DNA from: Negativicoccus succinicivorans
GTDB lineage: Bacteria; Bacillota; Negativicutes; Veillonellales; Negativicoccaceae
Direction of reading: 5' to 3'
DNA length: 64,000 nucleotides
Assembly: GCF_018372215.1 (NCBI RefSeq)
Contig: NZ_JAHAJN010000001.1
Coordinates: 85,801-149,800, forward strand
Shown: positions 21,106 through 30,327 of the stretch, piece after piece
Position numbering within the stretch: position 1 is the stretch's first letter
Layout of the letters: the number at the start of each line of letters is the position of its first letter
Notes under the pieces: model-generated
Seen by the model: the letters and a program-made list of their open reading frames with translations, nothing else
Database searches by the model: none
What the model was told of the DNA's origin: nothing
Position numbers and translations under genes: made by a program

Positions 21106-23010
21106 ATGAACATGTTACGCGATGAAGAACTGCTTTATGTCATTCCCGCAGGCAAATACGGTAAGGAAGGCGTGCTTTCGCTATTAGCACAGTACCCTGA
21201 AATTCAATATGTTTCCATTGTCGGGATTGATATGGCCGGTAACGATACCGATGAACGTATTCCGATTGAATTGTTTTTTAAAAATTATAACGACTTTTTC
21301 TCCGGTGATGCAGTACAAACCGATGGTTCATCGGTGGTTCTCCCCACGATTGCTACACTGAATAATGCTCGAATCGATATGATCGCAGACCCGGACGTAA
21401 ACTGGGTGGTTGACTACAATTACGATCATTTGGATCCACAAACGGGAAAGCCGATCGGGACACTCCGCATTCCGGCCTTTTTGATCCACAATGGAGAAAT
21501 GGTAGATGCCCGTTCGATCTTGAAACGCAGTATTGCGTATGTTGAACAGGAGATTTTAGATTTACTTTCGACGCATACGGTTCCGGGGATGGAACACGTT
21601 AATGTCAAAGAAATTGACGAGCTTTTGTTTACCACAGCGACCGAACTCGAATTTTGGGTAAAAACGCCGAGCCAGCCGATCGACAGTCGCGCATTGTCGG
21701 TGTCACAGCGTATGAAGGAACAATACTGGCAACGAACCCACGGAGCGGTTCGTACCGCGATGGAAGAATCCATTGAACTTTTAAAAAAGTTAGGTCTACA
21801 GCCTGAAATGGGTCATAAAGAAGTGGGCGGTGTAAAACCGCGCATTGATGACAACGGGCGTCTTATAAACATTCTGGAGCAGTTGGAAATTGACTGGAAA
21901 TTTTCGTCCAGTCCGCTACAGACTGCAGATAACGAATTGGAAGCGCGTATTATTATTCGCGAAACATTTCGTAAACACGGTTTGGAAGTTACTTTTAAAG
22001 CGAAACCGATTCACGGTGTCGCCGGTAGCGGTAAACATACGCATATCGGCCTGTCTGCAAAAATGAAATCGGGTAAGGTGGTGAACTTGTTTGCGCCGAA
22101 AAACATGAAAGAAGACTTTGTAAGCGTACTCGGTTATGGCGCGATCATGGGCATTTTGAAAAATTACGAGGCAATGAATCCATTTATCAGTTCCACAACG
22201 GATGCATTAAATCGTTTACAGCCGGGATTTGAAGCACCGGTTTGTATTGTTACATCCCTCGGTCAAGCGCCGGAGATTCCGTCGCGAAATCGCACCATTT
22301 TGATCGGTTTAATCCGTGATCTTAAAAACCCGTTGGCTACTCGCTTTGAGTTGCGTGCACCGAATCCGTACACGAATACATATACTTGCATTGCCTTGTG
22401 CTACCTCGCCGCACTGGACGGCATTAAATATGCGGTGACGAGCGGTAAAACAACGGATGAGTTGTTGGCAGAATTGTCGAAAGCCCCGGGAGATAACGCC
22501 GATTATTTGGAAAAAGATCGAGCGTATCGCAGTGAAGAAGATGTCTTTGAAATGTTCACCGAAGAGGAACGTCAGCATCATTTCTCGCGTCCGCCGGCAA
22601 CCGTTTGGGAAAACATCAAAATGTTGCGTGAGAATCCTGACAAACAGGAGGCGTTAGCGGCAGGAGATACGTTCTCGAAGCGACTGATGGAATCCTTTTT
22701 GACAGGGGTCGTCAACCGTTGGAAACTGGAATTGCACAATCGAATCATTAATGAAGCAATGCACCGTTTGTGCTCATATAGAGAATTACCGGCGGATAAC
22801 GAGTTGGATCGTAAGCGTTGGAAAGAAATTGTTTCCCGTCGTAATGAACTTGCGAAAGACGATATCGGAAAAAAGAGTATTTTTACACAAATTCGCTCGT
22901 TGCTGGTGGAGGGCGATTATGATCAGGCCTCTGCAATGCAGATTGAAATGGATAAAAAGTTGCAGGAGCTGGATGATCTTTACCATACTTACAAAGAAAA
23001 CATTTTTTAG
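21106..23010 (+). CDS. Glutamine synthetase family protein, about 634 aa (type III-like catalytic domain)
   Basis: GS beta-grasp motif (ELEFWVKTP), HKEVGG, ATP motif KPIHGVAGSGKHTHIGLS, and NRT..I...R.PNPYTN. I chose the start after the yqeY terminator (GAGGAGGA RBS) rather than 21052. Confidence 0.75.
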   Translation: MNMLRDEELLYVIPAGKYGKEGVLSLLAQYPEIQYVSIVGIDMAGNDTDERIPIELFFKNYNDFFSGDAVQTDGSSVVLPTIATLNNARIDMIADPDVNWVVDYNYDHLDPQTGKPIGTLRIPAFLIHNGEMVDARSILKRSIAYVEQEILDLLSTHTVPGMEHVNVKEIDELLFTTATELEFWVKTPSQPIDSRALSVSQRMKEQYWQRTHGAVRTAMEESIELLKKLGLQPEMGHKEVGGVKPRIDDNGRLINILEQLEIDWKFSSSPLQTADNELEARIIIRETFRKHGLEVTFKAKPIHGVAGSGKHTHIGLSAKMKSGKVVNLFAPKNMKEDFVSVLGYGAIMGILKNYEAMNPFISSTTDALNRLQPGFEAPVCIVTSLGQAPEIPSRNRTILIGLIRDLKNPLATRFELRAPNPYTNTYTCIALCYLAALDGIKYAVTSGKTTDELLAELSKAPGDNADYLEKDRAYRSEEDVFEMFTEEERQHHFSRPPATVWENIKMLRENPDKQEALAAGDTFSKRLMESFLTGVVNRWKLELHNRIINEAMHRLCSYRELPADNELDRKRWKEIVSRRNELAKDDIGKKSIFTQIRSLLVEGDYDQASAMQIEMDKKLQELDDLYHTYKENIF

Positions 23011-23016
23011 CATTAA

Positions 23017-23052
23017 AAAGAAGCCGAGACAGCGTCTCGGCTTCTTTTTAAT
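23017..23052 (+). terminator. Rho-independent terminator (aagaagccgagacagcgtctcggcttctt followed by a T-run)
   Basis: 12-bp perfect stem followed by TTTTAAT. Confidence 0.65.
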
Positions 23053-23068
23053 AGATGCATAAGGAATA

Positions 23069-23077
23069 TGTTACAAT
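23069..23077 (+). promoter_or_regulatory. Extended -10 (TGtTACAAT) of the putative ABC-exporter operon promoter
   Basis: TGnTAnAAT motif about 22 nt upstream of the AAGGAG RBS. Confidence 0.3.
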
Positions 23078-23099
23078 AACTGTACGTAAGGAGTAAATA

Positions 23100-24830
23100 A
23101 TGAATTATCGACAGTTTTTCAAACGGTTTTTATGGCCGCATTTTCCGGTTTACTTTTTGGGTATTCTACTTTTAATTGCAGTAGACGCATTGCAATTATG
23201 GGTGCCCAAATTACTGGGGGCCGCGATAGATGATATCAGTTTAGGGAAAACATATCTCGCCAGCTATGTGGGCAATATTTTGCTGTTGGGGCTGGCAATT
23301 TTAGTGTGCAAATTTGGCTACCGCCTTTGTATTCTCGGTCAAATGCGCAAAAGTGAATATTTGATGCGAGATGCAATTGTCAAAAAATCCATCCGATTAC
23401 CGGTGCAATTTTACGAAAAACATGGTCCCGGCAAAATCATGGCTTTACTTATCAATGACGTAACGTCGATCCGAATTGCATTCGGTTTAGGGATGCTACT
23501 TTTGGTAGATGCGATCTTTCTAAACGGTTTGGCGCTTTGGATGATGGCAAGCCAAATCACATTAGAGTTGGCGGTGCGTGTTTTATTGCCAATGCCGCTA
23601 ATTTTGCTGGCTGCAGTTTTGCTCGGACGTGTGGTACGTAAACGATTTCGTCATGTGCAGGACCTGTTCAGTAATCTGACCGAATATACGCAAGAACTGT
23701 TTCTTGGCCTGCCTATCATTAAAAGTCTTGTCGAAGAAGCATCCGTGGCACGATATTTTGCAACATTAAATGAAGAAAATATGCAGGGCAACTTATCACT
23801 TGCCCGCGTGCAAGCTGTATTTATACCGATGATTCGTATTTTACCGATGATTTGCTATGCAGTTTCACTTTTTATTTGTGGCAGACTGGTTATCAACGAT
23901 GAAATTTCCGTCGGTGATTTTGTAGCTATAAACGGGTATATCGGTATGCTGATCATGGCCACGATGGGAGTCGGTGGCTTGATTGCGGTGATGAATCGGG
24001 CTTTGGGCTCATATGATCGTCTGCGCGAGTATTTTGAATGGCCGGAAGAACAGGCAACGGATGACTGCGCGGACCATCGAGACAGTGTGCCTGCACAAGC
24101 AAAGGTTCGCGCAGAACATCTTACCTTTACCTATCCCGAAGCGGACGCACCGGCGCTTTGCGATGTGAATCTAACTATTCCCGAAGGGGCATTTGTTGGG
24201 CTCGTCGGCGCACCGGGCAGCGGCAAGACTACATTTTTCAAATTGTTGCTTCGCTTGTACAATCCGCCGGCAGGTACGTTGTTTATTAATGACAAAGATG
24301 TGCGTTCGTACTGTTTAGAAGACTTGCGCGCGCTGAGCGGGTTTGTTCCGCAGGAGCAAATTCTTTTTTCAAAAACAGTGGCTGACAATATCACTTTTCC
24401 CGCACCCGCGCAGGAGCAGGATATGGATTATGTCCAACAGTTAATGGATGATACGGCGATTTCACTTTCTTTGCAGGATCGTTTACAGGGGCCAAGCAGC
24501 AAATTGCAGGAGGCAGGTACGGATCTCTCCGGAGGACAACGACAGCGTATCGGAATTGCTCGTGCTTTATATAAACGGGCCCCCTTGTTGCTTTTGGATG
24601 ATGTTTTTTCGGCACTCGATTTTCAAACGGCTGCGATGATTGAAGAAAGTATTTTAAAACTGCGTCGAAAATATACGATCCTTTTTATTTCCCAGCGCAT
24701 TGATGCCTTGCGTGATGCCGATATTATCTTCGTTTTTAAAGATGGACACATCGTTGAACAGGGCACTCATGAGGAACTGTGGAATCGGCACGGCGAGTAT
24801 TACGTTTTATATCATCAGCAGGAGGCATAA
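23100..24830 (+). CDS. ABC transporter permease/ATP-binding protein (exporter half-transporter, subunit 1)
   Basis: Six TM helices followed by an NBD: Walker A GAPGSGKTT, signature LSGGQRQR, Walker B LLLLDD. Confidence 0.85.
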   Translation: MNYRQFFKRFLWPHFPVYFLGILLLIAVDALQLWVPKLLGAAIDDISLGKTYLASYVGNILLLGLAILVCKFGYRLCILGQMRKSEYLMRDAIVKKSIRLPVQFYEKHGPGKIMALLINDVTSIRIAFGLGMLLLVDAIFLNGLALWMMASQITLELAVRVLLPMPLILLAAVLLGRVVRKRFRHVQDLFSNLTEYTQELFLGLPIIKSLVEEASVARYFATLNEENMQGNLSLARVQAVFIPMIRILPMICYAVSLFICGRLVINDEISVGDFVAINGYIGMLIMATMGVGGLIAVMNRALGSYDRLREYFEWPEEQATDDCADHRDSVPAQAKVRAEHLTFTYPEADAPALCDVNLTIPEGAFVGLVGAPGSGKTTFFKLLLRLYNPPAGTLFINDKDVRSYCLEDLRALSGFVPQEQILFSKTVADNITFPAPAQEQDMDYVQQLMDDTAISLSLQDRLQGPSSKLQEAGTDLSGGQRQRIGIARALYKRAPLLLLDDVFSALDFQTAAMIEESILKLRRKYTILFISQRIDALRDADIIFVFKDGHIVEQGTHEELWNRHGEYYVLYHQQEA

Positions 24831-24833
24831 GCG

Positions 24834-26570
24834 ATGGCGAATAAACAACGAAAAAATCGCCGCGATTTGAAGCAACTCCGGCTCTTGTTTAATTATGCAA
24901 AACCGTATTACGGTTGGTGGGTATTGGCCGGAATATTGGTAGCGGTGACAGTGGGACTCGATCTGTTGCGTCCGTACTTATTAAAATACGCGATCAGCGA
25001 TATATTTCCCGTGAAAGATCTTAACGCTTTATACAGGGTCGGTTGGTTGTATTTGACAACGGTATTTCTAAGCGTCGGACTTTTATATTTGTTGAATTTT
25101 TCTTTGCAATATGTGGGGCAAAATATTATTTATCGTATTCGTCAAAACGTTTTCGAACGCATTTTAGTGCAGTCGGAAAGTTCGCTGAAACGCTACAAAA
25201 CCGGTAATTTAGTCACCAAGGTAACGAATGACACAGATGCGATTCGCGCTCTTTTTATCGAGGTTTTAATTCCTTTTTGCGGTGACTTTTTAATGATGGT
25301 CGGCATCATTGTAATTTTGCTGCAAATGCATATGCGCCTCGCCTTGGCATCTTTGACAGTAATGATTTTACTGGGAATTGCGGTATATATTTTCCGCCAA
25401 TACAGCCGTCGCGCGTATCGCAAAGTGCGTTCCTGTATTTCTGTTTCCAACAGTTTTATTCAGGAAGCGATGAGCGGTATCATGATTGTCAAATCATACA
25501 ATGCGGAAAAAGCAGTAATTAAAGAGTATGATACGATTAATCAGGCCTATGTCACGGCAGGAATTCAAGAGGTCCGTACATTTTCCGTCTTTCGACCGTT
25601 TGTCGATTTTACTTATTTTATTTGTGTAGTGCTGATTTTAGGTTATACCAATTTTGCCATCGATATTACGGATGCGGCACTCGTGTTTGTTTTCATTCAG
25701 TATATTGAGAAGTTTTTTGCTCCGGTTCGCGGCATGGCAGAACGCTACAATACCTTGCAGTCTGCCTTGGCAGGGGGCGATCGCGTGGGCGAACTTTGGG
25801 AGCAAACGAGCGTGACGGAAATCGACGATCGCCCGGATTTTGAAGAGCCGTTCAGGTCTTTAGAGTTTGAGAATGTCTGGTTCCACTATGGTGACGAGGA
25901 AAAATGGGTGCTGAAAGATGTTTCCTTCCATGTCGATAATGGAGAGTTGGTGGGTATTGCTGGCACGTCAGGGGCAGGTAAAACGACAGTGATGTCGCTT
26001 GCATTGCGCATGTATATTCCGCAACGGGGACGTATTCTTTTAAACGACAAACCGATTGAAGATTATTCGATTACATCCACACGTACACTCTTGGGTTACG
26101 TTTTTCAAAATCAGCATTTGTTTAAAGGCACGGTGGCGGAAAATATCAGCTTACATAATCCGACGTTAACACCGGAACGGATTATTCATGCCTTGCAAAA
26201 AGTAAATCTTTGGGATGAAATTCAACAATTACCGCAAGGTATTTATACCCAGGCGGGATATCTGGGGAGCTTTTTTTCGGCGGGAGAGCGACAGTTGTTA
26301 TCGTTAGCTCGTGTGATGGCGCGACGGTATCCGGTGTTGGTTTTGGATGAAGCGACCGCGAATATGGATAGCGCTACGGAAGAAAGAATTCAAAAATCCC
26401 TAGCCGGTATTCGCGGTGAACGTACGATTCTTTTGATTGCACATCGCTTGTCGACGATTCGGAATGCGGATCGTATTTATGTATTTCAGGAAGGTCGGAT
26501 TATTCAGACCGGTACTTATCAGGAATTGGCCAATACATCAGGATACTTTCGGGAGTTGTTGGAATCGTGA
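24834..26570 (+). CDS. ABC transporter permease/ATP-binding protein (exporter half-transporter, subunit 2)
   Basis: TMD followed by an NBD (GTSGAGKTT). The signature FSAGERQ is degenerate, suggesting a heterodimer with one degenerate site. Confidence 0.85.
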   Translation: MANKQRKNRRDLKQLRLLFNYAKPYYGWWVLAGILVAVTVGLDLLRPYLLKYAISDIFPVKDLNALYRVGWLYLTTVFLSVGLLYLLNFSLQYVGQNIIYRIRQNVFERILVQSESSLKRYKTGNLVTKVTNDTDAIRALFIEVLIPFCGDFLMMVGIIVILLQMHMRLALASLTVMILLGIAVYIFRQYSRRAYRKVRSCISVSNSFIQEAMSGIMIVKSYNAEKAVIKEYDTINQAYVTAGIQEVRTFSVFRPFVDFTYFICVVLILGYTNFAIDITDAALVFVFIQYIEKFFAPVRGMAERYNTLQSALAGGDRVGELWEQTSVTEIDDRPDFEEPFRSLEFENVWFHYGDEEKWVLKDVSFHVDNGELVGIAGTSGAGKTTVMSLALRMYIPQRGRILLNDKPIEDYSITSTRTLLGYVFQNQHLFKGTVAENISLHNPTLTPERIIHALQKVNLWDEIQQLPQGIYTQAGYLGSFFSAGERQLLSLARVMARRYPVLVLDEATANMDSATEERIQKSLAGIRGERTILLIAHRLSTIRNADRIYVFQEGRIIQTGTYQELANTSGYFRELLES

Positions 26571-27394
26571 AAAAAGAAATTTCCAGCTTACAAAATCCGC
26601 ATTGGAAACGGGTTTGTGCGCTATCTCAACGTAAATATCGTGAGCAGTACGGTGCGTTTCTGGTGGAAGGTGCACGTGCTGTGGAAGTCATCTTGCAATC
26701 GGCCGATTTGCAATATGAGATCTGGGCTACCGAGACAGGTCTGCAGGTGAGTGGCCTTACCATAGCGGAAAAGACGCCTCTTTTTATAGTGCCTTCGAAG
26801 ATGTTCAAAGCACTCGCGCAAACGGAATCCAGTCAGGAAATTGCAGCAGTTGTAAAAATAGCAAGCTTACCGAAGGAAACAGACACAAAATCAGGTCCCA
26901 TTGCAGTATTGTGCGGTGTTCAGGACCCCGGAAATGCGGGGACAATAGTCCGCCTTGCGGCAGCGGCGGAGTGTGCTGCCGTTTGGACAACGAAAGGCAC
27001 TGTCGATTTATTTAACGATAAAGCCGTGCGCAGTTCCATGGGGACTATTTTACAAATTCCTGTGGTGCAGCAGATTGTTCCGAAAGATTTATATGATGCG
27101 GCCCGCAAACGGCAGATGCCGCTTTGGGCTACCACACTTGGTGAAAGTGTATCGTATGAAACGATGCCTTCACAGCGTAATGTTTTTTGGCTTTTCGGTA
27201 ACGAAGGTAAAGGCATTCCTGAAGAAATTTTACAGCAGGCCGATGCGCGTTTCCATATTCCGATATCGCCTACTGTAGAATCACTTAATGTAGCCATGGC
27301 GGCAGCGATTATTTTATTTCATCATCGCTTGGTGAGGAAAGGGACAGGCTATGACGGAACCTCTCGAAAATTGGCTAAAAGCATGGAAAAATAA
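26567..27394 (+). CDS. SpoU/TrmH family RNA 2'-O-methyltransferase
   Basis: SPOUT motifs (VQDPGNAGTIVRLA, FGNEGKGI, ESLNVAMAAAI). GTG start overlapping the upstream stop. Confidence 0.8.
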   Translation: MKKEISSLQNPHWKRVCALSQRKYREQYGAFLVEGARAVEVILQSADLQYEIWATETGLQVSGLTIAEKTPLFIVPSKMFKALAQTESSQEIAAVVKIASLPKETDTKSGPIAVLCGVQDPGNAGTIVRLAAAAECAAVWTTKGTVDLFNDKAVRSSMGTILQIPVVQQIVPKDLYDAARKRQMPLWATTLGESVSYETMPSQRNVFWLFGNEGKGIPEEILQQADARFHIPISPTVESLNVAMAAAIILFHHRLVRKGTGYDGTSRKLAKSMEK

Positions 27395-28108
27395 TGCCCT
27401 TGATCTGACTGAATTGGGAAAAAATATTCGGGAGTATTATGGTTTTACGGATATTAATCGCCTTTGCTGGGATGACAATCGCGTTCAGCGACAGGGGTTT
27501 CCCGAGGTGGTATTGGCCAGCGGAAAAACGTAAGAACAGCTTAGAGAGTTACTTTCATATGCAATAAATCAAAGCAAGCCCTTGCTTTTGACTCGGTTGA
27601 GTAAGGAAATGGGCGAATATTTACATACACTCGCACCGCAAGCTAAATGGGACGAGATTGGACGTGTATTTGCGTACGGCCACTGTTCCCATCAAACCAT
27701 ACGCTCTTTTGTGGCGGTAGTAACCGCCGGTGCCGCTGATGAAAGTGTAGCTCGTGAAGCGGTGGCAACACTTGAGTTTTTAGGCATTCCCGTGAAAGCA
27801 TATTATGATCGCGGTGTGGGGGCATACATCGCTTGCTGGCAGTTTGTAAAGAACTGAAGGATGCGCAAGTTTGCATTGCGATTGCCGGTATAGAGGGCGC
27901 TCTCCCTACGGTGATAAGCGGATTAATTCCGGCCCCGGTGATCGGAGTGCCGACTTCGGTGGGGTACGGTGTAGCGCAAAACGGCATGACGGCTCTTTTC
28001 GGGATGCTTACCAGCTGTGCAGATAAAGTCGCAGTGGTGAATATTGATAACGGTTATGGTGCTGCCCGAGTGGCTGCAGCAATTTGCCGAGAAAAGGATC
28101 CGTCATGA
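27351..28108 (+). pseudogene. larB: larB (nickel-pincer cofactor biosynthesis, PurE-like carboxylase/hydrolase) disrupted by an in-frame TAA at 27531-27533 and a 1-nt deletion in the G5 run at 27818-27822
   Basis: Three ORF pieces (27351-27533, 27582-27857 in the same frame, 27833-28108 in frame +2) concatenate to a full LarB: ...GFPEVVLASGKT*EQL...VAVVTAGAADE...YYDRGV[A][12 protein letters not shown]...[28 protein letters not shown]...[11 protein letters not shown]. Confidence 0.6.
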
Positions 28109-28538
28109 AACAATTGGAGACTAATCTGGATGACATGACGCCGGAAACGCTTGCCTATGTGCAGGAACGACTTTTGGCGGCAGGTGCGCTGGATGTTTGG
28201 TATATCCCGATTGTTATGAAAAAAGTCGTCCGGCAGTTACCTTGTGTGTGCTTTGTGATGAAAAGCAATCGCAAGCGCTGGTTGACTTCATCTTGCAGGA
28301 AACAACCAGTTGGGGAGTACGCGAATTTACGTGTGAGCGAACGGTTTTACCCACGCAAGAAACAGAGATTTCCTTGTACGGTGAATCGGTGCGCGTGAAG
28401 TACGCTCGCGCAGAAAACAAGTACAAATGTAAGTCGGAGTATGAAGATTGTGCCCGTATTGCACGAGCGCAAAACATACCATTACGACAAGTGCAAGCGG
28501 AAGCGAAAATGAAAGGGGAAGATAGGCTTGCCAAATGA
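28105..28538 (+). pseudogene. larC: larC C-terminal (LarC2) domain fragment, frameshifted (1-nt deletion in the A6 run at 28219-28224). No LarC1 part is present.
   Basis: [14 protein letters not shown]...[14 protein letters not shown] | [14 protein letters not shown]...ETTSWGVRE... is contiguous LarC C-terminal sequence only if A6 is read as A7. Start overlaps the larB stop (ATGA). Confidence 0.5.
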
Positions 28539-29466
28539 GTCGCCGGATGCTCTGCGTCAGAAATTGGCTCAGCGTCTGAAGCAATATGATATAATAATAA
28601 CTAATACAAAAGCGATCCCGTACGGTATCCAGTGGAAAGTTGTGCGCGCTGAAAAGACGGCAATTTTAAACACTTATCACGGTAAAAAAGGCTTCCGACT
28701 GGTGATCCAAACCAAGGATCCTGAATGGAAAGAAGAACTGGAAGCCCTGGCAACCAATCTTAATTCGTCTGGCGCGGAAGCGAAGAAAACCAAAGCGGCA
28801 ACGGAAGATAGAAAAGTAATTGACACGCATGTGATCGGTTGTGATGAATCCGGCAAGGGGGATGTACTGGGACCGCTTGTTGTCGCAGCCGTGTACCTTA
28901 CCAAAGATCAGGCTCGAGAAGTAGTATCATGGGGCGTTCGTGACAGTAAAGAACTGACCGATCTCCAAATTACGAAATTAGCACAACGTTTTCTGGATCA
29001 ATATGAGGATCAAGCTGAAATCACAATACTTGCTCCGCAATTATATAATGAAAAATATGCCGCTTACCAAAAAAACGGCAAAAACTTGAATGATCTTTTG
29101 ACTGATTTGCATTTCGCCAATATGAAAAAATTATTACAGCGTTTTCCTGCTGAGCAAATTATTTTGGATCGTTTTGCTCGCGAAGAACTAATGCAAAAAA
29201 AATGGGCGACGGCGCAAATTACCGTGCCTCTTTTGCAAACGCCTCGCGGCGAACGATACCCTGCGGTGGCAATGGCGTCTATCTTGGCCCGTGCCGCATT
29301 TGTAGATACGCTGGCAGCGTTGGGAGAAAAGTACCATACACAACTTCCCAAGGGGGCGTCGTTTATGGTGCGCCAGTTCTTGGTAAGTTTTGCACAAAAA
29401 CATGCACAAAAAGACTTACAAATGATCGGCAAATGGCACTTCTCAACGTTTGATCGTTATCGATAA
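28528..29466 (+). CDS. rnhC: Ribonuclease HIII
   Basis: N-terminal TBP-like domain followed by an RNase H fold with GCDESGKGDVLGPL. 312 aa. TTG start with GAAAGGGGAAG RBS. Confidence 0.85.
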   Translation: MPNESPDALRQKLAQRLKQYDIIITNTKAIPYGIQWKVVRAEKTAILNTYHGKKGFRLVIQTKDPEWKEELEALATNLNSSGAEAKKTKAATEDRKVIDTHVIGCDESGKGDVLGPLVVAAVYLTKDQAREVVSWGVRDSKELTDLQITKLAQRFLDQYEDQAEITILAPQLYNEKYAAYQKNGKNLNDLLTDLHFANMKKLLQRFPAEQIILDRFAREELMQKKWATAQITVPLLQTPRGERYPAVAMASILARAAFVDTLAALGEKYHTQLPKGASFMVRQFLVSFAQKHAQKDLQMIGKWHFSTFDRYR

Positions 29467-29475
29467 GGAGCCAAT

Positions 29476-30327
29476 ATGAAATTTTTAATTGTGAATGCGG
29501 ATGATTTTGGTTTACATCCGTCTGTCAATGAAGCGATAGCGCGCGGTTTTCAAAACGGAATTATTACCAGTACTACCCTATTGGCGGGTGGCGCCGCTTT
29601 TGAAGACGCAATCGCCGTAGCAGAAACATTACCGCGACTCGGAGTGGGCATTCATACTGCGTTAGTCGGTGGGATAGACCCGGTGGCGGATCCGGCGGAA
29701 GTCAAAAGTTTGCTTGACGAAAACGGTAAATTATTGGCCGACTATGGTGAATTCATTCGCCGCGATTTGGCCGGAGAAATCGATTACAATGATGTGTATC
29801 GGGAGCTTTCAGCCCAATTTGAGAAAATTGCGGAAACAAAATTAACTATTACACATGTCGACGGACACCAGCATTTACATGTCTGGCCACGTGTCTTACC
29901 GATTGTGTTGACCTTATGTGAGAAATATCATATTCGTGCGATGCGCATTCCGGCCGAAAATATTCGCTACGGTAAACATCTTGCGGATTGGCGTCGTTTG
30001 TTTGGAAAAACGGGCCTTACCGTGTTAGCAAATCGGGCACGACGTAAAATACGTGCAGCCGGAATGGCGACGACCGAACATTTTTGGGGGATGATGGATG
30101 GCGGTCATTTGACGGAACGCAAATTGTTGCAACTTTTCCCACAATTGCAAGACGGTTTCCATGAATTGATGTGCCATCCGGGCAGCAGCAATCTTTATCT
30201 GGGAGCTCAATATGGCTGGGAATATAACTGGGAAAAAGAGTACCAGGCGTTAACTTCACCAAATGTTTATGAATTATTGATGCATGAAGGCATTCACAGA
30301 ATCAATTTTGGAGTGATCGGCGCATGA
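29476..30327 (+). CDS. ChbG/YdjC/HpnK family carbohydrate (N-acetylglucosaminyl) deacetylase
   Basis: YdjC signature at the N-terminus (LIVNADDFGL) and the D..H.H motif (HVDGHQHLH). Confidence 0.8.
   Translation: MKFLIVNADDFGLHPSVNEAIARGFQNGIITSTTLLAGGAAFEDAIAVAETLPRLGVGIHTALVGGIDPVADPAEVKSLLDENGKLLADYGEFIRRDLAGEIDYNDVYRELSAQFEKIAETKLTITHVDGHQHLHVWPRVLPIVLTLCEKYHIRAMRIPAENIRYGKHLADWRRLFGKTGLTVLANRARRKIRAAGMATTEHFWGMMDGGHLTERKLLQLFPQLQDGFHELMCHPGSSNLYLGAQYGWEYNWEKEYQALTSPNVYELLMHEGIHRINFGVIGA

Noticed and set aside
27351-28108. Three separate small ORFs (60, 91, 91 aa) called as independent genes
   Set aside because: They are colinear pieces of one LarB-like protein, interrupted by one stop codon and one frameshift. 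They are treated as a single pseudogene.
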